Of a stretch of DNA of 33,890 bases, positions 23,101-33,890 are shown piece by piece (positions within the stretch are counted from its first letter, which is position 1; each line of letters starts with the position of its first letter). Position numbers and translations under genes: made by a program. The stretch is taken from positions 1 to 33,890 of the forward strand of contig FLMG01000797.1 in the NCBI GenBank assembly GCA_900088475.1, written 5' to 3'. This DNA comes from Hyphochytrium catenoides. Its lineage: Eukaryota; Protista; Hyphochytriomycota. The notes below the pieces were generated by a model. The model worked only from the letters and a program-made list of their open reading frames with translations, did no database searches and had not been told where the DNA came from.

Positions 23101-24538
23101 CTCTGTAGGCAGCCCTATGACGGCTTCATGATTGGGTGCGATAATTGTGATGACTGGTTTCATGGGGCTTGCGTCAATTTGACTGAGGCCCAAGCGGATA
23201 AATGTGACCAATGGTCCTGTCCTCGGTGTTCCATAGCCAAGCACTTGGCGCATGTCATCGAGCTCGGAACGACAGCGATTAACCGTTGTCTAAGCCCAAA
23301 TGTTGTCCAGACTGTGGCACAAAAAGCTAAACAGCGGGCGCAGAAACTGGTAGGCACTCCCATTCTTCGAACTCGCCCGGCTACGGCTTATTTGCCTTTC
23401 TGTTACTTTTTAGGTAAAGCGAGAACAAAAGGAGCTACAGAGGCTCCAAGCCTCCTTCGCAGAGCAAGAGGCTCACTTCCGGGCACTGAAGCAGCACGAG
23501 CAGCAAGAAACCGGAGAAGCGGCGCCTCCCAACTTCTTTCCCACGCAAATTAGCGCAACGAACCCAGCTCTCAAAACGGCGCCAAGTACTGACCCAGATT
23601 CCGGAGCGGGTCCGACCTTCCAGACCCCCGTGACGGTGGAAGACGCTGCAAGAGCCTGGCGGGCCGTAGAAGAGACTCAACAGAAACTGCAATCTTTCTT
23701 TCATAAAGCCGAAACTCTTGGTCTTCGTTTCCAGCCAGATGGCACCGTTAATGGTGCAGAGTACGCGCAGCGTTATGCGAAAGAAGCAGAGCTCTGCTAT
23801 GGAGAACTCCATCCCTTCATCGTTGACTGGATGACCTCCTGCCAAGCAATTCTTAGCCCTCCAGGGCACTTTTTAAAAGCAGCGTGTCCCAAGGGAGACT
23901 CCGCCATTCCGCCCAGCTACCAGGCCCTTCTGGATTACGCTGAGCGGCACGCTATTCACCAAGTTGATGACGTTGTAGTCGTATCTACCTGCCTCACATG
24001 TCTTGTATGGGGCGCTTGGGCTTTGCGACTGCTCTCGTGTCGGTCGGAGGAGACGGAGGTAGCAAGGCTGGTAGAGAAGGCAGCACCATACCGATGGAAA
24101 GAAGAGAAGGTGATTCGTAGTCTCAAGTACATGCTTTCTAGAGCAGGGAGCTGGAATGGCAAAGTGGAAAAGCTTCTAGTGGGCCTTGACACGTCACAAA
24201 CTTTGAAGCCCGGGGCCAAAGGCAAGCTCAAGGCCATGCTTTCCGAGGCCAAGCGAATTCCGTTGGTGTGTCGGTTGGAACGATTGGTGGAGGATCTCGT
24301 GTCTCCGGGCAAGAGAAAGCGTTCACCATCCCCGGAAGTAGGACCGCCACTCAAGCAGCATCGAGGTACAAGCCCAACTGAGCCGTCTAGGTCCATCGGC
24401 GCCAGTATCAACTCTGAGATGGAGACAGCTTCAATAGTTGGTACGTGTGATCTGGAAGATAGCCTCTCTAGCTCGCTGGAGCAATATTCGCCAATTACCA
24501 ACCCCCCTTCTCCTCGCCAGCATATCCGAAAATGGTAA
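17128..24538 (+). CDS. Large chromatin protein: ELM2-like domain + PLU-1-like helical repeats + PHD finger (KDM5/JARID1 C-terminal-like, no JmjC)
   Basis: Continuous spliced frame from at least 17378 to TAA 24536-24538; start at 17128 is tentative. PHD: [45 protein letters not shown] (about 23095-23230). Many repeats of the type A(E/D)xWxxxAxxxL...LxxLLxExxxIPV, typical of the KDM5 PLU-1 region. N-terminal [10 protein letters not shown]...IWSP...VDHFIEFA...ELVLRFLHQ resembles ELM2. Confidence 0.85.
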
Positions 24539-24840
24539 CCATCCATCCGAGTGAAGAGCAACAAGCACCGTCCTTAACCGCCGAGCAGCCACCGCCTCTG
24601 CGAAAAGGTAATGCATCCCTTTGACTTCTTCCATAATCTTCAGTCGAGCACTAAACATGGAACGCTTTCGCCTCCGCAGGTCTAAGCATGACACGGCTTG
24701 GGAATCTCCTTAACTAAGAGTTACGGGGCCCAAACACAGGTCTGAACGGACCGACACTAGCCATCGCGGCAGCCTTACACCACTCACTTGCACTCTATCT
24801 CCCAAGCACAAAGAGCCAAATAGTGGGTAGGTCGGTATTA

Positions 24841-24880
24841 TCTGTTTTATTTAACTACCAAGTACATATATTATACTCGG
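24841..24880. terminator. AT-rich putative 3'-end/polyadenylation region between convergent PHD and GH5 genes
   Basis: tctgttttatttaactaccaagtacatatattatac is a local AT island between two convergent stops. Similar islands occur after other stops (about 280-305, 13190-13212, 33105-33162). Confidence 0.4.
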
Positions 24881-24897
24881 TTAGCTTCCGTCGTAGC

Positions 24898-27200
24898 TCA
24901 AGAATAAAGAAAGGTTGCTGCCACCGGAAGTAGCATTCCGGGAAGCAGGTGCATCGCAGCCACAATCACAGCTGTGGGAAGTCACAGAATAAAGCCTTAG
25001 TGGCACGGCGTTTTCTCTTATGATGTGAACACAATGTCTTGATGAGCTTACCGGAAAGTCCGCTAAGATGGCTCGCTGCTGACTTCCTTTGTCTGAGTGC
25101 AAAATTGTCATCGCACGACCGGGATGGAGCGTCTTTGCAGGGGCTCTGGCACGCTGCGCTAATTTCTTCGCTGTCAGTCGCCTTCGGAATAAGCCCAGCA
25201 CGAACACCACCGAGGTAGCTCCACCGGGGATCTTCGTTCTCCGTTTTGAAGTTCCAGAAGAACCAACCATCCGCTCTTGAATAGGCGTTCATCATTCGCA
25301 GATACAGCTGGTAGATCAGCTCCTTGGGTGCCTCGGCGGTGATGGGACATAGACAATCCGTTGTGGGACCGTAGCCATTTGTCTCAAGGTCTCCTCTGCT
25401 TTTGTTGGGAAATCGTGGGATGCAAGGAGTGCAAGAACGCGCTCCACAAAGGTCATACTTTCCATCAGTCATTGTAACTGCCAAATGGAACTAGGTCAAG
25501 TTTGATATCGAGGTGGTTACAGCTAAGATGACAAAGCTAAGTTACCTGGCCGAGGGTAGTTCCACCCATTTAGCCAGAGTGTGCAGGGATCCGTTGCTGA
25601 GGACCTGTCGGAATCGTTAACGATTAGCTCCGACGGAGACATGCATCAATAGGCCATGCATACCACTCTGCCACCACAATCCGCAACCCTTGACGCCTCG
25701 CGTTTGCATAGGCATCGCCCTTCGCGCATACATCCGAAAACAACTGCTTTGCGGTACGCGGGGCTGCCCAAGCCTCATAAGGATGAGTATCAATGGCAGT
25801 CAATCGTCTGGGAGTAGGCAGCCCTTTCGGCCCCACCCACTCACTCAAGCTCCTAAAGCTGTCGCCATATATTCGTATCCAGTGCGGCGCAATCTCCGCT
25901 ATCTTTTTATCAACAGCCCGATACCAAGTCTTCAAAGGTTCCAGGGGCGTCGTGCCAGCGGGCTCATTAAGAACATCCAATATGCCAACCACGGTGGGGT
26001 TCCCTAAGGCCCGCTAATGAGTCGCTCACACGTATTAAAACAGGGATAAGGGAATCAAGCCTTCAACCCTTACATGAGAATGTATGCGTTATAATCTCCA
26101 CGATCTGCAAGGTAAAGTTGAGGTTTTCATAACTGATGTTGGGGTTCAAGGTGTACACAGGTTCAAAGGCTGAGGCAGCGATAGTCTCTCCTTTTACTCT
26201 CTTAGCGTTGTCCTCAAACATCCAAGCCGGATCAAAGGTGCGCACATACTCTCCTCTTCCTGCTTACACCATGATAAGGTCAGCACGTAGGGCTTACTGC
26301 GACTGACAATGTTAACTCACCTGTCCAAAAGATCTGTCGAGCTTTCCCTCCATTATCAAAGCCATTCTGGCCTCCGATGGCTGCATGCAGGTCTAACGCC
26401 CCGATGTCGTTAACTTTGCCTCTCTGGTGGTAGGGGATAAAGGAGAATGATGCCCTTACCAATGAAAACCTTGACATTGTGCTTGCCACACCAATCGATG
26501 ATTCGGTTCACATAGAAGCTACTGTTCTTCCAGCACCCGTTTGTGTAAGGGGGATACTCAATGTACACCCAATCCGCCACAGGGAGCCTCACAGCGTTGA
26601 TCCCATAGCTGGCCAGCTCCTTTATCTCCTCTTCGGTCACGAAGGTGTCCCAATGGCGTTGGAGTTGTTTGTTCGCTTCCTCGCCGCCCAACACCTTGTA
26701 CGGCGATGAAGCTAATCAGTGATGGGTTACATTGGAGCGGGAGGGTGAGTGTGAGAAGTGTTTACCTCGCAAAAGCGGAAGCAATCGATAGCTGTTTTGC
26801 TGATGGGCTTGTTCTGGAACTTTAGAGAGTTATGTGAGGGCGCATGCAACTACTATGGAGCTCCACCTTGTACAACGACGGGTGCTACCTGGTAAAACAG
26901 GGACGGTGTTATCCAGGGTTCAATAACGAAGATTCCACCAAGATTAACGCCCCGGAACTTCCAACGGTCAGAGATGTCGTCGTCGTCAACTCCCTCGATC
27001 GAAAGTTGGGAGGTGGTGGCTGTGCGATGCATTATCTTCTGTTGAAGTGCATCTTCAGATACTCCTTCTACCCACAGCTGACTTTTCAGGTCTGAAGTGA
27101 CCGCTTGGAAGTCTCTCCTATGTGCTAAAGTGCTTTCGACTGTAGCTACCAGCGCGAAAAGGTGAAGAAAGCCCATGACAAAGGGCTTGTAGCCAGCCAT
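24898..27200 (-). CDS. Secreted GH5 exo-beta-1,3-glucanase (EXG-like), probably GPI-anchored
   Basis: Signal-peptide-like MGFLHLFALVATVESTLA. Motifs RGVNLGGIFVIEPWITPSLF, HWDTFVTE, INAVRLPV, DLHAAIGGQNGFDNGG, catalytic NEP (acid/base) and AEW (nucleophile), GWFFWNFKTE. Terminal intron 25051-24972 yields a hydrophobic tail ending at TGA 24900-24898. Start could be 27263, 27200 or 27176. Confidence 0.92.
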
Positions 27201-28073
27201 CTTCAGCTGAATACTTCGTAGTGCTTTTCTCCGTGTCTTCGCTCTTGGCTTTATCTCTCCCATCGTTGAGCGCGAACGCCCCTATTCGTACCCCTACTAG
27301 GTCCAACCGGGACCGCTATACCTTTTCAAGGATCATGGGTCGCTAACTTGAACATCAGGCAACCTTTGCAGACCCTGGTTTCCTTGGTACTCTCTGCTCG
27401 GCACAGAAGAAGAGCCTCGCTCATTAACCTACAAGCAAACGCCACCGAACTCTTCACATGCATGTAGGAGCTCTGTAGCTCTTGAAAGATCTGCCGACCA
27501 AGAGGCCCTCACATCGCTCATGATGGCGAGATGATGAGGATCTGATGACTGTCAGAACAGATCAGAAGCACAGAGGCAGGAGGAGTGAGTGCCTTGAAGG
27601 GGGTCCTCCCGTCACAACCCTCGTTTCAAAGCGATAACTAGTCTGTGCTACCGTATTTGATCTTTGCAACTTTGATCCTTCCTATGTCCTTTCTATGATG
27701 TACAGGTACGAGGTCTTGATCTCGATCTGTGGAGTTCTGATGCTGATGTGATGGATGAAGATGATGGATGACAGGAAGGAGAGCAGACCAGAGATCCGGC
27801 TGCGGGCATGCTTAAATGAGGAATGAGAGCAAGCAGGGCGCTCCTCCAACTGTGTATCCGTAACGCTTGGAGAAAGAACGGTGATTGTCAAGCACGCAGC
27901 TCGGTGAAACGCTATGTGAAGGGGAAAAAGTTGGCATGTAGTTGACAGCATATCACCGCCACTAGATAGGTGACTTCGGGGGGACTACTATCACCTCTGA
28001 CTAGCATTGTGCGTTGCCATTCAAAGCCTTTTTGCTCCCGCCAGGCATGAGCATATAGCTTCCGACAATAGCT

Positions 28074-31000
28074 ATGAATGGCGTTTTGTTTGCAGCAAGA
28101 GGACGCTTTCGGCAACTCTCCAATGGTGGCTGCCACGCAGTATGTCCCCTTTTCTCAAGAAGAACCTGGTCTAAGGGCCAGGGCTGGAGTAGAGCAGGTC
28201 TAAAGCCCAGACGTTTTGTGGAAGGACCATCCATGTCGCATCTATCTCCGTTAGAGCGAGTGCGGGAGCCCATGGCACCCTCTTTTGATCCCATAGCGGT
28301 AGAGAGAGGATGGGACCAACTGTGGGCCAAGAATATCCCCAAAGCCTCACCCACTAGGGCCACTTCTAGCGAGGAAGTCTTCTCTATGGTCTTGCCACCT
28401 CCTAACATTACAGGAGCTTTGCATCTTGGACACGCGCTTACCGTGACCATCCAGGATGCGCTCGTCCGTTGGCAACGAATGATGGGGAAGAAAGTGTTAT
28501 GGGTCCCAGGAATAGACCATGCTGGTATTGCCTCTCAGGTGGGTGCAGCGTCCTACGCTCAAGACGCCAGGAGTGCAAGCTTAACAAGTTGCATCTGCAG
28601 ACAGTAGTGGAGAAGAAACTATGGCGAGAAAAGAAGCTCCGGAGGCAAAGTATGACTCGGCAAGAGTTTTTGGAAGAAATGTGGGACTGGGTAGCGGCTT
28701 ATCGGCCCACCATTGCCAAACAGCTGCACAGGCTGGGGACATCCATGAACTGGGAAAAAGAAGTGTTTACTCTGGATGAGAAGAGGTGAGATACGCCTTT
28801 CTCTACCTTCCGAGAGTCACAGAGCTGATTGTTGCTGCCGCAGATCTGCTGCAGTGACTGATGCGTTTGTCCGCCTCCATGACAAGGGACTAGTATACAG
28901 AGACAAAAGAATGGTCAACTGGTAGGTTACCTTGGATTTTCGTTCCCAGTCAGTCACCATACAGGTTCTAAAAGAAGGCTTTAGGTGTCCGGCACTTCAG
29001 ACGGCGATATCTGACATCGAAGTAGACTTAGAGGAGGTCTCAGGGCCCAAAAAGGTATAACTATATGGGCGTCAGAGCACATGCTCTTTAACTGACACCA
29101 ATTGATCCAGCTAAAAGTGCCTGGTAAAGACGGAGATCGGCTTGTAGAATTTGGCGTCCTTCACCGCTTTATATACCCGGTAATTCCACGATGAAGAGCG
29201 CCTCATTATTACCCGAGGCTCAACATGGTGGACTGTAGGTGGAAGGCGGGGGTGAGATTGAAGTTAGCACGACGAGGCCAGAGACAATGCTTGGTGATAC
29301 TGCCATTGCCATACATCCAGACGACCCACATCACAAGCACCTCCATGGCAGATTTGTCATTCATCCCTTTGATGGTAGTGTGTCTTTATCTGATGAACTT
29401 TCTATATTTGGGACTCAACCCCCGTCATAGGTCGACGAATCCCAATAATCTGCGACGAGACGTTAGTTGATCCCTCCATGGGCACAGGTAAGAGGAAAAG
29501 ACTTTGCCTTGCATTGCTCAGTGCTCACCATGCTTTAGGTGCGGTGAAAATCACCCCTTGCCACGATCCAAATGACTGGCAATGCGCTAAACGCCACAAT
29601 CTTCCGCAGATAGAAGTCATAGATAAACTGGTCAGTGAGACTGAACACTAGTTGAGTGCATTTGCTGTTTCATATAACTCTTTATCCGACACTAAGTAGG
29701 GCTACATGACACCGGCTGCTGGAGAACCCTTTGCCGGCCAGGATCGTTTCGACTGCCGAGAAGAGGTGCTTCGTCGTCTAGAATCACTCTCACTTTACCG
29801 TGGGAAGGTATCCGATTACATGGGGCTCCTCTTAGCTGCTAGACCTGACTTCCAACGTTTCCAGGACCCTCATCGAACCTCTATCCCACGATGCTCCCGA
29901 TCAGGGGACATCTTGGAGCCTATGCTCGTTCCTCAATGGTTCGTGAACTGCAAGGTTATGGCTGAGCGTTCAGCAGCGGCAGTTCGTCAAGGAGACCTTA
30001 CAATCACGCCAAGCTTTTACACCGTATGCTCGATCTCGCCTTCTTTAGATGTCCAACCGCTGACCTAGGCCCGACATATCAGGATACATGGTTCCAGTGG
30101 CTGGATAACATTCAAGATTGGTGTGTTAGTCGTCAACTGTGGTGGGGACATCGCATCCCTGCCTATCGCGTGAGGCCGAATAGTTCTGGTAAACGCCAAA
30201 AGGAGAAAGCGGATGGCGATGGGTGTTTCCTCAAAAGAGCTTGGCTAACGCTATCTGACTAGATACTTCAATCAGCTCGGAGCATTGGGTCATCGCCAAA
30301 ACAGAGGAAGAGGCGCGAAGGAAAGCTCGAGAGTTGCTGGCTTCAGATGACTTCAGCCTTTGCCAGGATGAGGATGTACTGGACACTTGGTTCAGTTCAG
30401 GATTGTTTCCTATGGCAGCCCTGGTAATGACCATGCACGCTTGCCCTTAAAGAGGCTTTGTATGATGTTAACAGCTCCTGTTCTAGGGCTGGCCAGAAAA
30501 TGTAGAAAATGATACCGTTCACTTGCCATTCGATATGAGGGGTTCTTATCCCCTCTCCGTGATGGAGACGGGGGCTGATATCCTCTTCTTTTGGGTGGCG
30601 AGGATGACCATGCTATGCTCAGAGGTAACCGTTTAGCTGCAATCGCACTACGTCTATAAGGTAGTTCCTAATAGGAACGACGTACCATTCAGCTGTCAGG
30701 CGAGCTCCCTTTCCGGAAGGTCGTGCTTCATCCGATGGTCCGAGATAAGAGTGGGCGGAAGATGAGTAAGAGCCTTGGGAATGTCATCGATCCTTTAGAT
30801 ATAATGGATGGAATTGACCTGGAGCACATGATTGACAAGATAAAGGTACGACAGATAACAGTGGTAGTTCCTGGCCTAGCTACTGACCGCCTTGTGTTCG
30901 TTAGGAAAGCAATTTGGATTCGAAAGAGATCGAGGTATCGATCAAGCAGCGCAAACGCGACTTTCCTAAAGGCATCCAGCCGTGTGGAACTGACGCTCTG

Positions 31001-32811
31001 CGCTATGCCCTTGCAGCTTACCTAAACCATGGTACGCACATTCCTAGGCCAACTAGTCTGCACAGGTTGCCATCTAGTAAGCTCAGGCTCAATGCTAATA
31101 GGCCAGCATATCAATGTCGATGTGTCTCGGATGGTGTCCGCGCGACAGTTCTGCAATAAGGTCTGGAACGGTGCCAAGTTTTTGTTTGACCACCTGCAAG
31201 CTTTCAAAGCCGAAGGGCAGCCTCAATTAGGCTTGCTGAGTGCGGTAAGAGAAAGGAGAGTATGCCTTTCGTGAGAGGCCTAATAGAAGTCCTCTTCTTG
31301 CTAAGATTGGGTCTAATGACCTAGCGAAGGAGGCCAGCCGTTTGCTGCAGCACCCTCAGATTTGCTTAGCAGACAGATGGATCCTGAGCCGTTTGGTAGG
31401 TGTGCAACATCCCCTCTTTCCCAAAGAGAAACTTATCTGCTTCGCCCTGGCATAGAGTGCGGTGGTAGAGGATTTAGAGGAAGGACTGGAGACATTTCAT
31501 TTTTCCTCTAGTGTTAGCGCTATCCACCAGTTCTTTCTCCACGACCTCTGCGACGTGTATATTGAGCAGACAAAGAGACGCCTCAACGCAATGCACAACC
31601 AGAACCTGAGCGATCACATAGGTAGCTTATTTAAACGGCAGCTTTCTGATTCGGAAGATTGATTAGCTCCTTAATTGGCGATAGGTCTCACTGAGGAGGA
31701 CAAAGTCATGGCGTTATCAACACTGGCGTTCTGCATGGAAATGTCTCTGAGGATGCTGCACCCGTTCATGCCCTTTCTTACCGAAGAGCTCTGGTCAGAT
31801 GCTATCCTGGTTCCTTGTGAATAGGCGAGCTATTGACACTTCGCCTTAGGCAAAGGATGCTGTATCTGTATGAAAGTGAACTCAAGGTTGATGAGGATAG
31901 ACTCCTAGCAACCTGCAGCTATCCAACCCTTAAAACGCTATCAATACTTAGGGACGAGGCTTCCGAGAAAGTTATGGAGGTAACGTGTCGTCAGCACCTA
32001 ACGTTACCATGTTTATTAGGCTAAAACCTATGCAGGTGAACTTGGAAATAGTTCGATGCGTTCGTTCTCTCAAACAAGTGGCGAAGGCGTTAGGTGTAGG
32101 AATATCTGAAAGGTAGGACGTACGCTGGCACTCCCGCCCAGGTACTCTAGCCCTCTGACTTTCTCTTACCATAGTAACGCTTTCGTAGTGGAAGTTTCCC
32201 CTACCTCATTGGCGCTTACAGAAGCCATTGCGGCCAACCTCCAGGTAAGCTCTGTCTATCTTTTCGGTGGAGGAGCTATTGCACAGCGCACTGTCTAACG
32301 TAGGCATTGTCTAGGACATATCCGCACTTAGCCGTGCCCCTGGGATTAGTATATCGTCAGATGCCACACAGTCTGATAGGGATTGTTTGGTGAAAGCAAG
32401 TTCTGAGGAATGCAGAGGTTGATCCATACAGCTACTATCGCTCTCATACATTGGCATTGCTAATACTAGTGCCCTCTTTGACAGTGCTCTTGAAGCTTTG
32501 TCTTGGCAAAGAAGCCGAAATAAAACTTACTCAGGAGTTGGAAAGGCTGACACAAAAGAAGGGCAAGAAAGTTGAGGCCCATGCGAAGCTAAGTGACTTC
32601 ATAAACACAGTTGACTACCAGGCCAGCACTCCAGTCCAGGTGAGATACCACTAGCCCTGAATGGTCTGCCGTGTAAATGCTAAGCAAGAGGAACGACTTG
32701 CAGATCCGGGAACGTGATCAGGGCCGCTTGGACAAACTTCAAGCAGAGATTGAAAGCCTTACGGAGAGTATAGAAACGTTAGCCCACCTCGTTCCGGGAA
32801 TCGCACGATAG
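28074..32811 (+). CDS. VARS2: Valyl-tRNA synthetase with N-terminal presequence (probably mitochondrial/organellar), 24 introns
   Basis: [15 protein letters not shown] (HIGH), [128 protein letters not shown], and a C-terminal coiled coil. The frame closes at TAG 32809-32811. The symbol reflects type and targeting, not tested orthology. Confidence 0.95.
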
Positions 32812-33372
32812 CGTGAGAAGGCCAGCTTTCGATGAGATCCACCATAAGAGGAAGCTGTCTGAGGCGGCTCTTGGACCATTGGAATCCATGGCACGAACCA
32901 TAAGGTAGCTTCGTACGACCAGGAACTTAAGGTTGCAGGCAGTATCGAAGGGCCATGGCTTAAGGGGCACAGCACCGGAGGATCAGAGTCCACACATCCT
33001 TCAGCAGATGAGTCCATCCAGAGTTCAAACTTGCCAAAGTATGCAACGAGCGGGGGCGATTCTTTGGATTGCGGCACGGGGCGGGCGTTAGCACAACCAG
33101 AGGACTAATAAAGGTCGATCTACAAGCTAAAAGGCTGTCCGTTCATTTACTCATATATTTTTGCTACGGATGCCTGTGACCTTCAGCCAGCTCCCATTGG
33201 TCGCAGCTTCTGTCATTTATCACTGAGCACGAACGGGCTAGGAACTAGAGGCATCAAGCTCATACTTCTGCTGACGCCCCATCTCTAGGAGAAGGGGCAT
33301 CCAACCAAGAGTGCCAAACACCCTGTTCTAGCCCCACCAACAGTGAGAAAGAACCTTCCAAAGAGCATTCCA

Positions 33373-33890
33373 TCACAGTGAGCGTGCTCTCCTTGTCGCT
33401 AAGTTCTTCGAATAGACTGCCATTACTATGCGCTTCTTCATCGACTGCTCTTGAGCCTTATCTTCCTGGTATGAGGCGTTGGTGGCGCCCGATGGGTCGA
33501 CCCATGTCTTCTGATGTGGACGTCTCATTGTCAGAAAAGTATCCTTCTCGTCAAACTTAATGCTTGTCTCGCGTCCTCGTGGACATGTTCTCTCGGATAC
33601 CAGCTCCTCGCCTTGACCTCAACGAGCCCATTCTTCTGTTGTTTGCCTAAGAAGAGAAGCAAGACCATGTCGATTTCATTTCTCATTCTAAGCAATGTCT
33701 CTTTGGCCAGTTCACGCAAGGATCGTTTGCCCTTGAGGAAGGTGATAAGGGGCTGACAGAGGCAAGCACTACGTTCGATGGTGCCGCGAGCGTTGAACAA
33801 TCGTCATCGATCTGATCCGCGAACCAGCTTCATCGGCATAAAGTGGTGACTGAAGGGAAGGAGAAGAGTAAACGATAGTGCGGTGGTCTT
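33373..33890 (-). CDS. Possible 3' end of an unidentified spliced gene entering from the right edge
   Basis: Stop-free minus frame 33618-33373 (...SIKFDEKDTFLTMRRPHQKTWVDPSG...RRARSL*), other partial open frames and acceptor-like sites upstream. No consistent splice model or recognisable motif. Confidence 0.25.

Noticed and set aside
23956-24564. 202-aa minus ORF, and the many + ORFs between 1200 and 8600
   Set aside because: Antisense shadows of well-supported exons of the PHD protein and the golgin.
27525-27550. ATGATGA...CTGA as a box C/D snoRNA
   Set aside because: The boxes are only a few nucleotides apart, with no guide region or terminal stem.
29808-29863. ValRS intron starting GTATCC as a U12-type intron
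   Set aside because: It continues GA rather than TT and has no TCCTTAAC branch site.
312-32811. Alternative genetic code, stop readthrough or frameshifting to explain the short ORFs
   Set aside because: All seven genes close in frame using GT-AG introns and the standard code.
312-32811. Introner-type mobile introns given the high intron density
   Set aside because: By eye the introns share no sequence family, terminal inverted repeats or consistent target-site duplications; an all-vs-all intron alignment would be the decisive test.

Overview
Gene-dense, intron-rich eukaryotic nuclear DNA (protist-like; lineage not determinable from this window). Introns are mostly about 50-110 nt and GT-AG, so the six-frame ORF track is fragmentary; I rebuilt the spliced genes by hand from phase-compatible splice sites. 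Seven intact genes are supported: (1) a GRIP-domain golgin, minus strand, about 40 introns; (2) a Ctr copper transporter; (3) a SNAP-25-type Qbc-SNARE with an extra C-terminal fascin-like beta-trefoil domain; (4) a Tubby/TULP protein with a long Arg/Asp/Ser-rich linker; (5) a large ELM2 + PLU-1-like repeat + PHD chromatin protein with no JmjC domain; (6) a secreted GH5 exo-1,3-beta-glucanase whose probable GPI-anchor signal appears only after a terminal intron is spliced; (7) an organelle-targeted valyl-tRNA synthetase with 24 introns. Possible partial genes lie at both window edges. I saw no rRNA, tRNA, CRISPR array or transposon. The best novelty candidates are the SNARE-beta-trefoil fusion, the JmjC-less KDM5-like protein with ELM2, the splice-dependent GPI tail and a 6-nt microexon. 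All domain calls come from motif recognition, not database searches.
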